DNA from: Trichonephila inaurata
Lineage: Eukaryota
Assembly (NCBI GenBank): GCA_019973955.1
Contig: BMAV01009759.1
Location: 49,952 to 74,154, forward strand
DNA length: 24,203 nt
Direction: 5' to 3'
Positions 1-10,265 of this stretch are shown piece by piece (position 1 is the stretch's first letter; each line of letters starts with the position of its first letter). Both the position numbers and the translations under genes were made by a program. The notes below the pieces were generated by a model. That model worked only from the letters and a program-made list of their open reading frames with translations, was not told where the DNA came from and made no database searches.

Positions 1-75
1 GATACAACCACGCCTTACTCGGGATTAGAACACGAACCCACCCGGCTACAAGCCGCGAATCATATCCCCCACACA

Positions 76-98
76 GGCGGGGGGCCCCCCCCCCCCCC
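76..98. repeat. Homopolymer junction G(6)C(14) inside a GC-rich island (1-110)
   Basis: Directly visible: ggcgg ggggcccccc cccccccc. Confidence 0.9.
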
Positions 99-99
99 A

Positions 100-438
100 T
101 CATGACGAGTATATAGTTAGTATATATCTCACTATGCAGGTACCAGGGATGGCGAACCAATGGCACGTGACACAATATTTTGGGCACTCAACCAATCTAA
201 ACAGTTTGTATTTTAGTTCAAAATAACAAAGCTCACTATGAAGTATTACGATCAATTGCGAGTAATTGGTTGCGGTGTGGCGGGGAGCACACTCGTTTGT
301 TATGGTCTATCCTTAGTTACGTCGTGGACTGTAATTGCTAATAATGCTATTGTCTACGCATAGCATAGTAAATTTCGTTGACACAATTGTATTTTAAAGT
401 TTATTTGTGTTATATTTACGATTTTTAACTTATTTAAC
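100..438 (+). promoter_or_regulatory. Putative promoter / 5' UTR region of the TEP1-like gene
   Basis: The region is relatively GC-rich compared with the introns. The TATA-like sequence gtatatagttagtatatat at 108-127 lies immediately upstream of the candidate ATG exon. This is inferred from position only. Confidence 0.15.
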
Positions 439-490
439 ATGGCTAGTTCAGCAAAAAAGAAGAAAAGAAAGAAAGAAAAAAAAAAGACCC
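439..490 (+). CDS. Candidate first coding exon of the TEP1-like gene: ATG, then a Lys/Arg-rich peptide MASSAKKKKRKKEKKKT, ending in phase 1
   Basis: ATG at 439-441 in the context aacATGG. The open frame runs to a perfect donor, ACCC|GTAAGT, at 491. The 1-nt overhang c pairs with the 2-nt start of the exon at 3099 (c+at gives His). The peptide is low-complexity, basic and NLS-like, and shows no homology signal. The call rests only on splice and phase compatibility. Confidence 0.3.
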
Positions 491-1489
491 GTAAGTTCAA
501 GGTAGTAAGTGTAACAGAAAATTTCAAACTTGGTGGACCGAGAAACATGGCATGTGATTAAGTAAAGACGACAAAGAGGTGTGTGTTTTATGTTCTGGAA
601 CAATTGTATGTAAAACATAGTGTGTAAAAAGTTTCCAGAATTCATTTAACTGTTTGAAAAAGCTGGCTCACGCTATTTTAATCATATTTTCATCTACCTA
701 TGCTTTTGAATCATTATTTTCGGAAATGAATAACATTAAATATTCGCTTAGAAACCGTTTGGCAGAGGGCTCCAATTCAGTATGCATTCTGCTAAAAGTA
801 ACACCTTACAATCCTAATATAAGTTATTTGTCATCTAATCTGCGACACAGAAGTCATAGTACTTTAATTTGAATTACACGTATAACTAAAACATTTAATA
901 CTATATAGTACAAAATGTATTTTTTCATTGTAAATAGACTTTTGAGTTGTTTGTATTTAGTTTTATTATTTTCCAAAAAAATCACAAATCAAAACTACTT
1001 GACGGCACGTTTATACCTCATTAAACATTTTTTAAACAAAAATGGCACGTTGATCCATAAAGGTTCGCCACTCCTGGCATATACAGTTATACCCTGAACT
1101 CATGTGATAAGTAGACTGAGTGAGAAGACCGTAGTCGAATTCGCTCAAATCGGGGTATGATTTCGCATATAAATTATTTTTATTTAGGACCGGAGACGAA
1201 AAATAGTAATAATTTAGAAAAAATAAATGTTTAATATAAGCTTAGATAACACAAATACACACACAAAATTTCAGATTTTGATGCAGAAATGTTTCATAAA
1301 ATCTAACAAAGTAGTCTGCCGCCTCAAAGATTTCTTTCTCCCGCAAAATTTCCTTGTATCATGCTAATAATTTTTTAAATTTCTTGTTTTGAAAAAACAC
1401 GCTCATCGTTGAAGTCTATATTTTCTAAAATTTGTAACTCTTTTTTGAATTAAACTGAGGCCTTCTGTCAAATTCACAACCTTTATTCG

Positions 1490-1680
1490 ATATTCTGATT
1501 GATTTGGGTCTAAAGTTCTTCAATGTCTTCTTGCTCATGCATTTCTATGAGACCATCAATTGTCAGTTCCTGATTGTGTGAATCCAGCAGTTCTTGAACG
1601 TCATAACTATCCGCTTCTATATTTATTTTTCTGGAAAGATCGACAACTTCTTCAATCATAAACAATTTCACCATTTTTTT
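1490..1680 (-). mobile_element. pogo/Tigger-like transposase C-terminal fragment
   Basis: Minus-strand small ORF MVKLFMIEEVVDLSRKINIEADSYDVQELLDSHNQELTIDGLIEMHEQEDIEELRPKS... The ELLxSHxxELTxxELIEMxEQ acidic tail is characteristic of Tigger1/TIGD C-termini. No DDE core lies upstream. Confidence 0.45.
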
Positions 1681-1917
1681 TTCTTAAACAAAGGACGAAT
1701 CTAAGAGATTTGAAAATCATGGAACTCTGAGTTCGCGTATGTCGGGGTAGCGTAAGTCTCTCTAGGTATTACAGTACACTTTGTCATTATACAGTATGTC
1801 CACTTAAGTCTCTTCCCACCGCCTTAACTTCGGAATGGTTTTCTGCTATATTCATAAAATGATGTCTAGGTATAGTAAAGTAGCCATGCACTACTGAATA
1901 AAACAATATACAGCGCC

Positions 1918-2480
1918 ACCTGGTGTGAAAATTGCAGAGTTAACATTCCTATCTCGAAAGCGGAAAAAGATAGGAATAAAAGTGATCTACAAAGTAGTAG
2001 AACATCATCGATTTAGTACTAAAAGACACCTTGTGGACATTAATGCAAAGAATAGAACGGTTAAACCTTGCACTTGTTTTTTCGTGATTTCCTACACTGT
2101 GACGGGAGAAAAACGATCTGAGTAAAAAAAAAAAAAAAAAACAAATTATATAACTATATCTTTATTTGAAATGTTCAAACTTCTCACCGTCAGCTGTAAT
2201 GCACGTTTTTATCCACGTTTGAATGTCACGTCGTGCATGTCGGAGCATAGAGCGTGACATGTTGGCACAAGCGTCCTTTAAGGTCTTGCTATGTTTATGG
2301 ATTGGGCGCATACATCTGCTGTTTCAGGTATCCCCACAGGAAAAAGTCAAGTGAAATTTTTTTTTTTAGATCATGTAAACGCGGTGACCAATCTTTGACA
2401 CCAACATTTCCAATGATTTGGCCAACATGACGACGCGCCTGCGTATAAGACATTTCCAGTGAAGCAGTACCTCATCAAAA
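1918..2480 (-). mobile_element. mariner-like element, 3' portion only (transposase C-terminus plus 3' TIR)
   Basis: The minus-strand translation reads ..ARRHVGQIIGN..KDWSPRLHDL..DFFLWGYLKQQMY.., then after a frameshift ..MLRHARRDIQTWIKTCITADGEKFEHFK*, with the stop at 2162-2164. This matches the mariner C-terminus (HPPYSPDLAP.D..LF ... RW.KVI..DG.YFE). The plus-strand sequence ccacctggtgtgaaaattgcagag at 1918-1943 resembles the Hsmar1-type TIR ggtgcaaaagtaattgcgg. The A18 run at 2124-2141 lies in the 3' UTR. Confidence 0.6.
2124..2141. repeat. A(18) homopolymer
   Basis: Directly visible. It lies between the mariner stop codon and the mariner TIR. Confidence 0.9.
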
Positions 2481-3098
2481 AATTCGGGAACCCAATAATT
2501 CAGCTAAGACTAGTCACACTCTACATTTGAGGTGAAATGATTAAAGATGGGGAGAAATAGATTAAATGGATAGCATAACATGCTCAATTTTACTTAGTAT
2601 GTAATAATTCAGTGGAAATCATCAAAAGATTTAACAAAATATTACAACATATCAAGATTATTGTTATACTTTGTCACATTTTTACTCTAATCAAAACTCA
2701 TACTTATAGTGTATAGTTGCATTTTTACTGCATATGTTATGTTTAAACATGATTTTAGGAGCATTATCCTTCAGTAACTTTTATCTTTTTGAAATTCCTC
2801 TGTGATAATATTCAAGTTCTTTTAGAAAGTAAAGGTATACACATTTAAAAATATCTGAAAGATTACATTTGTTTATCTATTTTTAGTGATTTTTAAATAT
2901 TTTACTTAATATTCTCCTTAAATTTACAAGAGATTGACTTTAATGTTGGGAGAATCTATGCATATAATTCTAACCAAAGGAAATTCATTATTTTGTTCTT
3001 ACATAATTTTTTATTCAATGATCAATTTGTAGTTTTATGTACTTGTAACATATTTTATTTTTTAAAGACGTATCAAGAAATTTATTTAAAATTTTCAG

Positions 3099-3161
3099 AT
3101 TTAGATTACCCAGGTGGAGAACGAAATGTTCCTCCTGATTCCATTAATCCTAATACTGCAG
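3099..3161 (+). CDS. TEP1: TEP1-like gene, small symmetric exon (63 nt, phase 1-1) encoding ..LDYPGGERNVPPDSINPNTA..
   Basis: A GC-richer island inside an AT-rich intron. Acceptor ttaaaattttcag| at 3091-3098 and donor CAG|GTGAGAT at 3162. The frame is open, and the phase chains to the next exon (g+tt gives Val). Confidence 0.5.
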
Positions 3162-3287
3162 GTGAGATAATTTTAATATTCACAAATTATTTATAGTTGA
3201 TTATAATTTTTATTTGGGCATTTATCTTACATTTATTTATAAATTCTTATTTATAACTTGTGCTGCTATATAAATATTATTTTAAAG

Positions 3288-3350
3288 TTCCAGTTTCGAG
3301 CTTGTCATTTCAACACCCTGTTCGCTTTGGTGCTGCTTTCATTCCGCAAA
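3288..3350 (+). CDS. TEP1: TEP1-like gene, second symmetric 63-nt exon (phase 1-1) encoding ..PVSSLSFQHPVRFGAAFIPQ..
   Basis: Acceptor tattattttaaag| at 3281-3287 and donor AAA|GTAAGTAT at 3351. Local GC is about 47%. The 1-nt overhang a joins the ct that begins the exon at 6148 (act gives Thr). Confidence 0.5.
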
Positions 3351-5249
3351 GTAAGTATAATATGCGTTTAAGTACTTTGAAAATTACATTTTCATTGGTT
3401 GTATACTATATTAATGCTCTAGTAAATCGTCAATATTCTAATAAATTATTCAACAAAAACATTATATATGGCGTTAAAGAATACTAGCTGCAAAGTATTC
3501 TACTTACCGTCTATTTACGATTTATATATTCGAGAAATATTTTGTTTTTTGCCACTATATAAACTCAATTTTCTTATAAATTAAAATTTTGAAGCATTTC
3601 TTCTTTTTAGCGAAAGTATAATTCTAGCAATAATTCTCAGATAATTTATTACTAATATGCTTAAAACTGAAATTTCTATTAATGAAAAAACCAAGACTTC
3701 ATTTTTATTTAACTTTATTATGTAACTGTTCATTTAATGATTATAGCAGCCCATGGAATGAATATCGCCACACTAAAATTTCATAACCTGATACTTTTTA
3801 TCCATTGTGTGTATCATAAACAGTGATAAGTCATGGCATTTTCGTGACATGTCTTGTGAAACAATTATTAAGGAACTGAAACATTTTATAAAATAATTTA
3901 TTATAGACTTTGATTGCAAGAACACAAAACGATTTACTATTTTTTGGGGGGAAATCAACTTATTTTGATATTTTAATTTTATCACCTCATAAATACATAT
4001 TTTTACGTCTGTATTCCAGCTCTCGTGATTTAAAAAGTAATTAATTTATGAAAACGTTACAAATCCCTAAAATAATGTTTTCCCTTTTTAAAAAACTTCC
4101 TTTTCCTATTTTCTTTTCGTGAACTTGCTGAGGATCTTCTCTTTTCTATAACCAACTGTAGTTGGCTATCATGTTCATGTTCCATCTTCCTTGAAATTGG
4201 CTTTCAATTTTCTCTATGTCTGGGTGAAATCTTTCGCGTTGCTCCTAGCTGATTGCACCTTCATTTGCAAGAAAATAATTCAGGTACGAACGTAGAAAAT
4301 GAACTTTTAAAGTTCGTATACTTTAGTATGCTGAAATTTTTTTAACTTCTGCAATAATTTTGTAGTATAGGTCTTTTTAATGTCAAGAAAGCTGTTTATA
4401 ACTAGTTTGAAAGTTTTCCTGGTTTTTCTCTCGTTTGTTTTCATTTTGAGTTCAAAACTTCCTTCAGTTTTCAAAAGGGAGATCCTGCAAATACTATTTC
4501 CTTCAACCTTGCCTCGATAAACCCTGGAATTGTTCTGAAAGGTATTGGAAACACTCTCCTTTTGTAATACCTTAACAAATTGTTTTTGAACGCCTAATTT
4601 TATATGAAGCTGTGAGTCACACTTTTTTTTGCTTTTGTGCTTTGGTTTCTGTAAAATTTCGTTTTAAATATTTCTTACTGCAGGTTAAGGGAATTTCGTG
4701 TCAAAAATAGCAATCATCAGTAAGACTTTTATCTTTCAAATCTTTGGTATGCCAAATCGAAAAGAATGTTTTTTCCCTTGAAACCATTGTTTTAATTCTT
4801 CTTCACAAAGGGAACAAACTTTGTGTGAGGGGCTTATTACTAATGTTAATTAGTATTAGGCTGTTAATTTATTGTCAGAGTACGCAAAATACATTTTCCC
4901 ATAAAACTAAAATGTTCTTTTTTTAAAATCCTTTACTGTATAGTTACCATAAGCAATCAAGTGAATTAGCACATCCTCTGCAAGTTGCATCTTTTAATCA
5001 TAACGTAAACTTAAGGAAGCTCTTCTACTCAAAGCTCAAAATTATGAACTGGTGTATAGCATTGAACTAAGAAAGTCATTAATGAGAAAAAGTAATGCAA
5101 TCAAAGAACAGCAAATGAATTGATAGATGGCACAGGGGTGGGGAAATCCCAACACTATAACAGACTATGCTGCTGTGTTACAAGTTTAGAGGAAACTCCT
5201 ATGTAATAGATAAAAATAAAAGATATTATTCTTTTACAGTGAATCAATC

Positions 5250-5700
5250 GAATACTATTCTGATCTTGGCTTTACGTTTAACATAAAACTTGATTTTAAC
5301 TTATTAAGGACTCGGTCTTCAAAGAATATTAAAATTCTCGAACGCATAACTCGGAAGATTTTCCGTTGAGCCTGCATTTCGATATTATTCGCTCGAATCT
5401 TGAATATTGTAGCCTTATGTGGGACCCTTATTATTAAAATAAAATCAACACTCTTGAGAGGGTTCAAAATAGGTTCATGAGTTATTTATTTTAGTGAAAA
5501 CTATTTTAACTCGCGAGATTTATCATTATCAATGCAATATTTTTGATTTTCTGAGTTTGAAATCGTGACGAGACCATAAATCGTTTACAGCAAGGGTACG
5601 CAACCTCTTTTTCCACCGGGCCACATACATATGACAACTATTTCACGTGGGCCACAACGTGAGAATTGATGGGGGGAGGTGCTGTAAAATTAAAGACATT
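5250..5700 (+). mobile_element. CR1/L2-clade non-LTR retrotransposon (LINE) 3' fragment, decayed
   Basis: Plus-strand frame at about 5351-5485: SEDFPLSLHFDIIRSNLEYCSLMWDPYY*NKINTLERVQNRFMSYLF. The motif (R)P.LEYCS.VW.P ... LE.VQRR is the conserved C-terminal domain downstream of the reverse transcriptase in CR1-like LINEs. The frame is interrupted by a stop. Confidence 0.5.
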
Positions 5701-6147
5701 TAAAGTGTGAATAATTCATTAAAATACTAAAACTCATAATTTTGGATTTTGTTTTAAAACTATATTAGACTCTATGCTTATCAATGTATATGTAACAAAT
5801 TTTGTAGTATGCTTTTGTTGCCCCTGTATTTTGTGACATTACCACCAACAAAATATTTTGTTACTGTTGCAAAGATTTTTTTTAAGAAAGCCAATTTATC
5901 ACGTCTTGAATGATATCTTTAAGAAAAAGAGTTATTGAAAGATTTGTTCTTAGTTGGTATAGTTACGAGCAAAATTGTAATTTTAAGTATAATATCTTCA
6001 CAAGTTGAACAAATTTCTTTTGTTTGTTTTTCTCTACGAAATAGTCAAGATCCCAATTAACAGATTTTTCTTTTCAAAATAATTTTGTGTAACTTGATAC
6101 AATCATGAATTTTGAGCTGAATTTATACACATGTTTAAATCTTTTAG

Positions 6148-6296
6148 CTATTGCTAAAGATATTTCTGAAATGCCTGTGTACAACTTTGATTCTGATGAA
6201 GGTTATGAACAAGAAACATATGAATCATTTAGTTTTGTGAATACTGAAGCTAATGATCTTCAAATCGACAGAGTACGACGTATTAAGTCTAAAAAA
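6148..6296 (+). CDS. TEP1: TEP1-like exon: IAKDISEMPVYNFDSDEGYEQETYESFSFVNTEANDLQIDRVRRIKSKK
   Basis: Acceptor tttaaatcttttag| at 6141-6147 and donor AAA|GTAAGC at 6297. The acidic stretch and the C-terminal ..KK, which precedes M..L at the start of the next exon, parallel human TEP1 ..QMPSYSLSLGEESEVEDL..HVLQEKK|MALLSLL. Confidence 0.75.
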
Positions 6297-7002
6297 GTAA
6301 GCTTTTACGAATTTTTGGATTTAAATATTTCATTAATAATTGCGTACTTTTAATTGTTTATTTAGTCAGTATTGATTTATAATGAATCAAGTATTTCTGT
6401 AGAGCATTTCAAGCATTTTCTTCTGTTCCTTCAAAATATCAACTTTTAATGTATGTTAGGATATTGTTTATTGTGTGTTCTCTAGTGAATATTTTTTACA
6501 CATTAACGAGAGATTATAACGTGTCTAATCACTTATTTTGACTCATTGGATGTACATTAATTGGTTACTACTATTAAAAGCATTTTCTCATTGTTATTTT
6601 AAAAGACTTATCCTCCATATAAACATCCACTTTTAAAAAAAGTATTCTCTTTTAATTGAATTTCAAAAATAAAAATTATTGATTAATTTTTGTTAATAAT
6701 TTGTATTTTTTTCTTTAAAATCTTAAGGACCACAGATATGTTTGAAAACTTCATTTTATGAAATTAAATTCTTCTTTTTTTATATTATTTTTGGAAAAGT
6801 TATAATATATTTTATCCAGCATATAAAACAATTTATTTACCTTAAAATAAATTTAATATGGAATTATTTTATGCAAACGAATTGTATATATTGTATGAAT
6901 CTATATTATAGTGCATATACTTAAACCTTATTGTAATTTTTTATAACAAAAAATGAACTTAATAAATATTATGTTATTACATTGTATTTTTTTATTTTAT
7001 AG

Positions 7003-7137
7003 ATGCAATTCTTGAATGTTGTAAGTATGGCTTTAATTTACAATGCTAATTTGAAAAATGTTGATGATGAATATCGAAAATCTGTGCAGAAATTTGCAGA
7101 TGATGTCATGACATTTGATCCTGAATTCATTTTAAAG
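7003..7137 (+). CDS. TEP1: TEP1-like exon, start of TROVE domain: MQFLNVVSMALIYNANLKNVDDEYRKSVQKFADDVMTFDPEFILK
   Basis: Acceptor tttattttatag| at 6995-7002 and donor AAG|GTAATAAT at 7138. The exon is phase 0-0. It ends in DPEFILK, matching the EPEFILK of human TEP1 just before ASLYARQQLNVR. Confidence 0.85.
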
Positions 7138-9561
7138 GTAATAATATTTTAGTGTTTAATATATATGTTTAGCATTTATGGTAAAAATTATTTTATAGTG
7201 TAGTTGCATTTTTGTTTTCAATTGACTGAAAGTTGTATTGTGAACCAATATTTGTGAAAGTATAATTTCTTGTAATAACTACTGAAAATGCCTCATGGAA
7301 AAAGATTATTTTTCATATTGTAAAAGATGTTTGAAGACATTAAATAGAAATTAGACAAATTAAGATGAAGAAAGGTATTGGAATTCTGTAAAGAAAATTG
7401 ATGTCGTTTTATTATATTCTGAATGCACCTATTTTGTCCAGAAATATAAAGTCAAATTAGTTAAAGTTATATCCTTTTTTTATAGACAACAATTTCTCAT
7501 CAATGTTAAAGATACGTTGACATTTGCCTTTATTTTGCAAATCTAAAAATGCCAAATATGTGAGCTAGCTTTCATTATCATGTTCTGGTACAAGTTTCAT
7601 TTTAGATTTCTTAAATTATTGTATTTCTTTTCAACATTTTACCTCATTTTAGCCGTTCAAACGGCAAATGATATCCCAATAGCCAACATCAATAAATTTA
7701 AGGAATAACTTGCTCTCCTAGTCCCTCAAAAGTTTGTAACGTTATTGATATTCTGTATTGTGATATCCATCTTTGAAGATTTTGAAAATAAAATTTTTTG
7801 CATATTATTAATTGACATTATTATGTACCTAACTTTATGCATGATTTCATTTACTAGTAGTAATTTTATTTTCATCTCTATTAAATAAAATTAAAAATTT
7901 GTTGATCTTTTCTCCAAGCCTTTTTTTTTGATAGATTTTTCCAATTTTATTAGTTTGCCTCTCTCTAGTCCAAAAAGACAAAATTATAGATAAATAATTT
8001 TTTCTTTTTTTTTTACCAGGAATTTGTTTTTCAGTCACATTGCTTGATAAACTTAACAGAAGCATTTTCTTAAAATTCAGATTGCGTTTTGTAATTATAA
8101 GCAGATTTTAATAATCTAATCTGTGTTCGAGTTGTCATTTTTTTAAAGTGCATCACTCAATATTTTATCTGAATATTTATTATACCAAAAAATATCTGTT
8201 AGGTTATCGGGAAACTTGTCGATTTTGAAGGTAAATTAAAATGCAGCACATTTAAATTTTGGCATACATTTATTAAATTTTTCTCAGTGTTTCAGGCAAC
8301 ATAAAAATTTCGTCCCTCCAGGATCTATTTGGCTTTTCAACGAAAATGTATTTATTGTGATGTATATTTTTGTATAGTTGGAATCAACAGTTCTCTCTGT
8401 TTCATGACTATATATCCAGTTTTATTCCTGGAGATTTTGCTCTTGTAACATATATTTTTGTATATTGTATAACACCCATGGAATTAGTTATTCAAAAAAC
8501 ATTATTCTAGAAATCTCAAAATTTATGCAATTTACACCTAAATTCTTCAGATGCAGTTTCTAAGCATTCGCCAAGGATCCTCCAGGACATTACAGTATCA
8601 GTGTCATTGATATACTTGTGTTATAAATTATTCTAACATAATGTTTAATCATCGACTTTTCCAGTAACTATTTGATATGTAAATAATTAGAAGTGATAAT
8701 CACAAGACTTTGAAGCTTACTGTAGAAGTCCTCTGCTTAAAGTTTTATCATTCAGTTTCTATATTGTAATTTTGAGAAGAACAGTTAAAGAACGCTTAAA
8801 AAGCCTTTTGCTATGTCTTAAAAGCTTTTTGGTTTTCCTGGGAACTATGTTCGTACACTCAAATTTTAAACTTGTGGTAATTTCAATTCACAGAGACAAC
8901 TATGTAGTATGGAGTAACAGACAATCAAACTACAGAAAGTTTTCACACGTTTAATGTTTGGAAAAATTGAAATAAACATAAAAAAACAAGATTATAATCT
9001 TTTTGTTTCCATTTTTACTTAAAAGTTAGGTTTTTCAGATTCTTAATTTCTTAGGTAGATTTTATGTTTTTTCAATTCATGTAACATCTGATTTGTAGGA
9101 ATTTTTATATTTCATACAATGAATTTTTAAAATGTTGTCTCCATTTAAAATGACTTATTAATTGACCTAAAGAACCTACTTAAAACTTATCTCTTATACT
9201 ATATGAAGCCTATTTAAAATTTGTAAATGAATTGATTTTCTATTTTTCCCTATGAATTCAAAATTAATTTTAGGATCATGAACATTTTTTCTATAAATGC
9301 TTTTAATCCTTTTGAAATTCTGAAATTTTTGTACAAAAAATGTTTTCTTGAATAAAACATTAATACATTCTTTTTTAAAGCCTTCATAGTTTTTAATGTA
9401 TCAAGTTTTTTCATTTTCCCTTTTTATGCATATAGAGGTAATACAGAATTAAACTATCTTGTGAAATTTTTCCAATATGATTATAATAATTTTAGAAGTA
9501 AATGTGTATTATAAAGTGTTTTTTGATGTAAAATTTTCCGAAAATATCGTTATTTCTTTAG

Positions 9562-9723
9562 GTGGCTCTTTTCAGTCGTCAGGAATTGAATATCAGAGCT
9601 GTTTCTAATTTTCTTTTGTCTTATGCTGCTTACTCTGAGAACACTCGTCCTTATTTAGAAAAATACTTCAAAACCTGTATAAGATTACCAACAGATTGGA
9701 TTGAAGTGGCCGACTTTTATGAG
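9562..9723 (+). CDS. TEP1: TEP1-like TROVE exon: VALFSRQELNIRAVSNFLLSYAAYSENTRPYLEKYFKTCIRLPTDWIEVADFYE
   Basis: Acceptor tatttctttag| at 9551-9561 and donor GAG|GTATTT at 9724. The open frame is 54 codons in 70% AT sequence. It aligns with human ASLYARQQLNVRNVANNILAIAAF..RRYFCAIVQLPSDWIQVAELYQ. Confidence 0.85.
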
Positions 9724-9899
9724 GTATTTAAAATCATGTAAATTGCTATTAAAAAATAACTCTTTAACATATATTATTGGTTGCAAAACATTTTATTGTG
9801 TTTTTGAAATTTAGTTTGCAGTTGTCAATTTTATTCAAGATATAGGCTAACTAATAAATTTCTTTAGCAGTTAGCTGTACATTCCAAAGATTCATTTTT

Positions 9900-10265
9900 T
9901 AAAAAAATTACGCTTTCTGAAAAGGAAATATAAAAATACATATCCTTCGAGTAGTAGAACACTGTGAAAGAAATTTTTCGATGAAAAGATAAAACAATGT
10001 GCAACTCTTGTGAAGTCTCCACGAATTGCCAGAAATCCACCATCTTCTTTGGAAATAAATTAACTGCGAATTCATTCTTATGTACTGCTTAAGAGATTGC
10101 TTAAATGTGATTTCATAGATCATTAATATCGGCTTTTCGAGGATTGGCAAATGATCATATCTTATACGCAAACTAGGGACAACATATCTGATCAACATCT
10201 TGGTCTAAAAAAATCATGATTATTCTATAAAAAATTGTCTTAGCAATTATTGAGCTATTAAGTCA
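9900..10265 (-). mobile_element. mariner-like element, 5' fragment (N-terminal helix-turn-helix part of the transposase)
   Basis: The minus-strand ORF 9908-10198 reads ..ILEKPILMIYEITFKQSLKQYIRMN..QLIYFQRRWWISGNSW.. and parallels Hsmar1 MLDKKQIRAIFLFEFKMGRKAAETTRNINNAF..ERTVQWWFKKFCKGD. The plus-strand sequence gtcttagcaattattgagctattaag at about 10238-10265 resembles the reverse complement of a mariner TIR (ccgcaattacttttgcaccaacctaa). Confidence 0.45.

Noticed and set aside
238-363. Small plus-strand ORF MKYYDQLRVIGCGVAGSTLVCYGL... with a GxGxxG-like motif
   Set aside because: It is only 41 codons. The glycine motif is not followed by the usual Rossmann context. It lies upstream of the candidate start exon and is more likely a chance ORF or uORF.
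354-645. Minus-strand ORFs 354-548 and 448-645 (F/L-rich peptides)
   Set aside because: They are the reverse complement of an A/G-rich low-complexity tract (aaaaagaagaaaagaaagaaagaaaaaaaaaag). The frames are open only because T-rich codons lack stops. They show no coding signature.
1925-2125. ORF 1925-2125 (+), 66 aa
   Set aside because: It lies in the 3' UTR and TIR region of the minus-strand mariner fragment and ends in the A18 tract. It has no similarity to anything I recognise.
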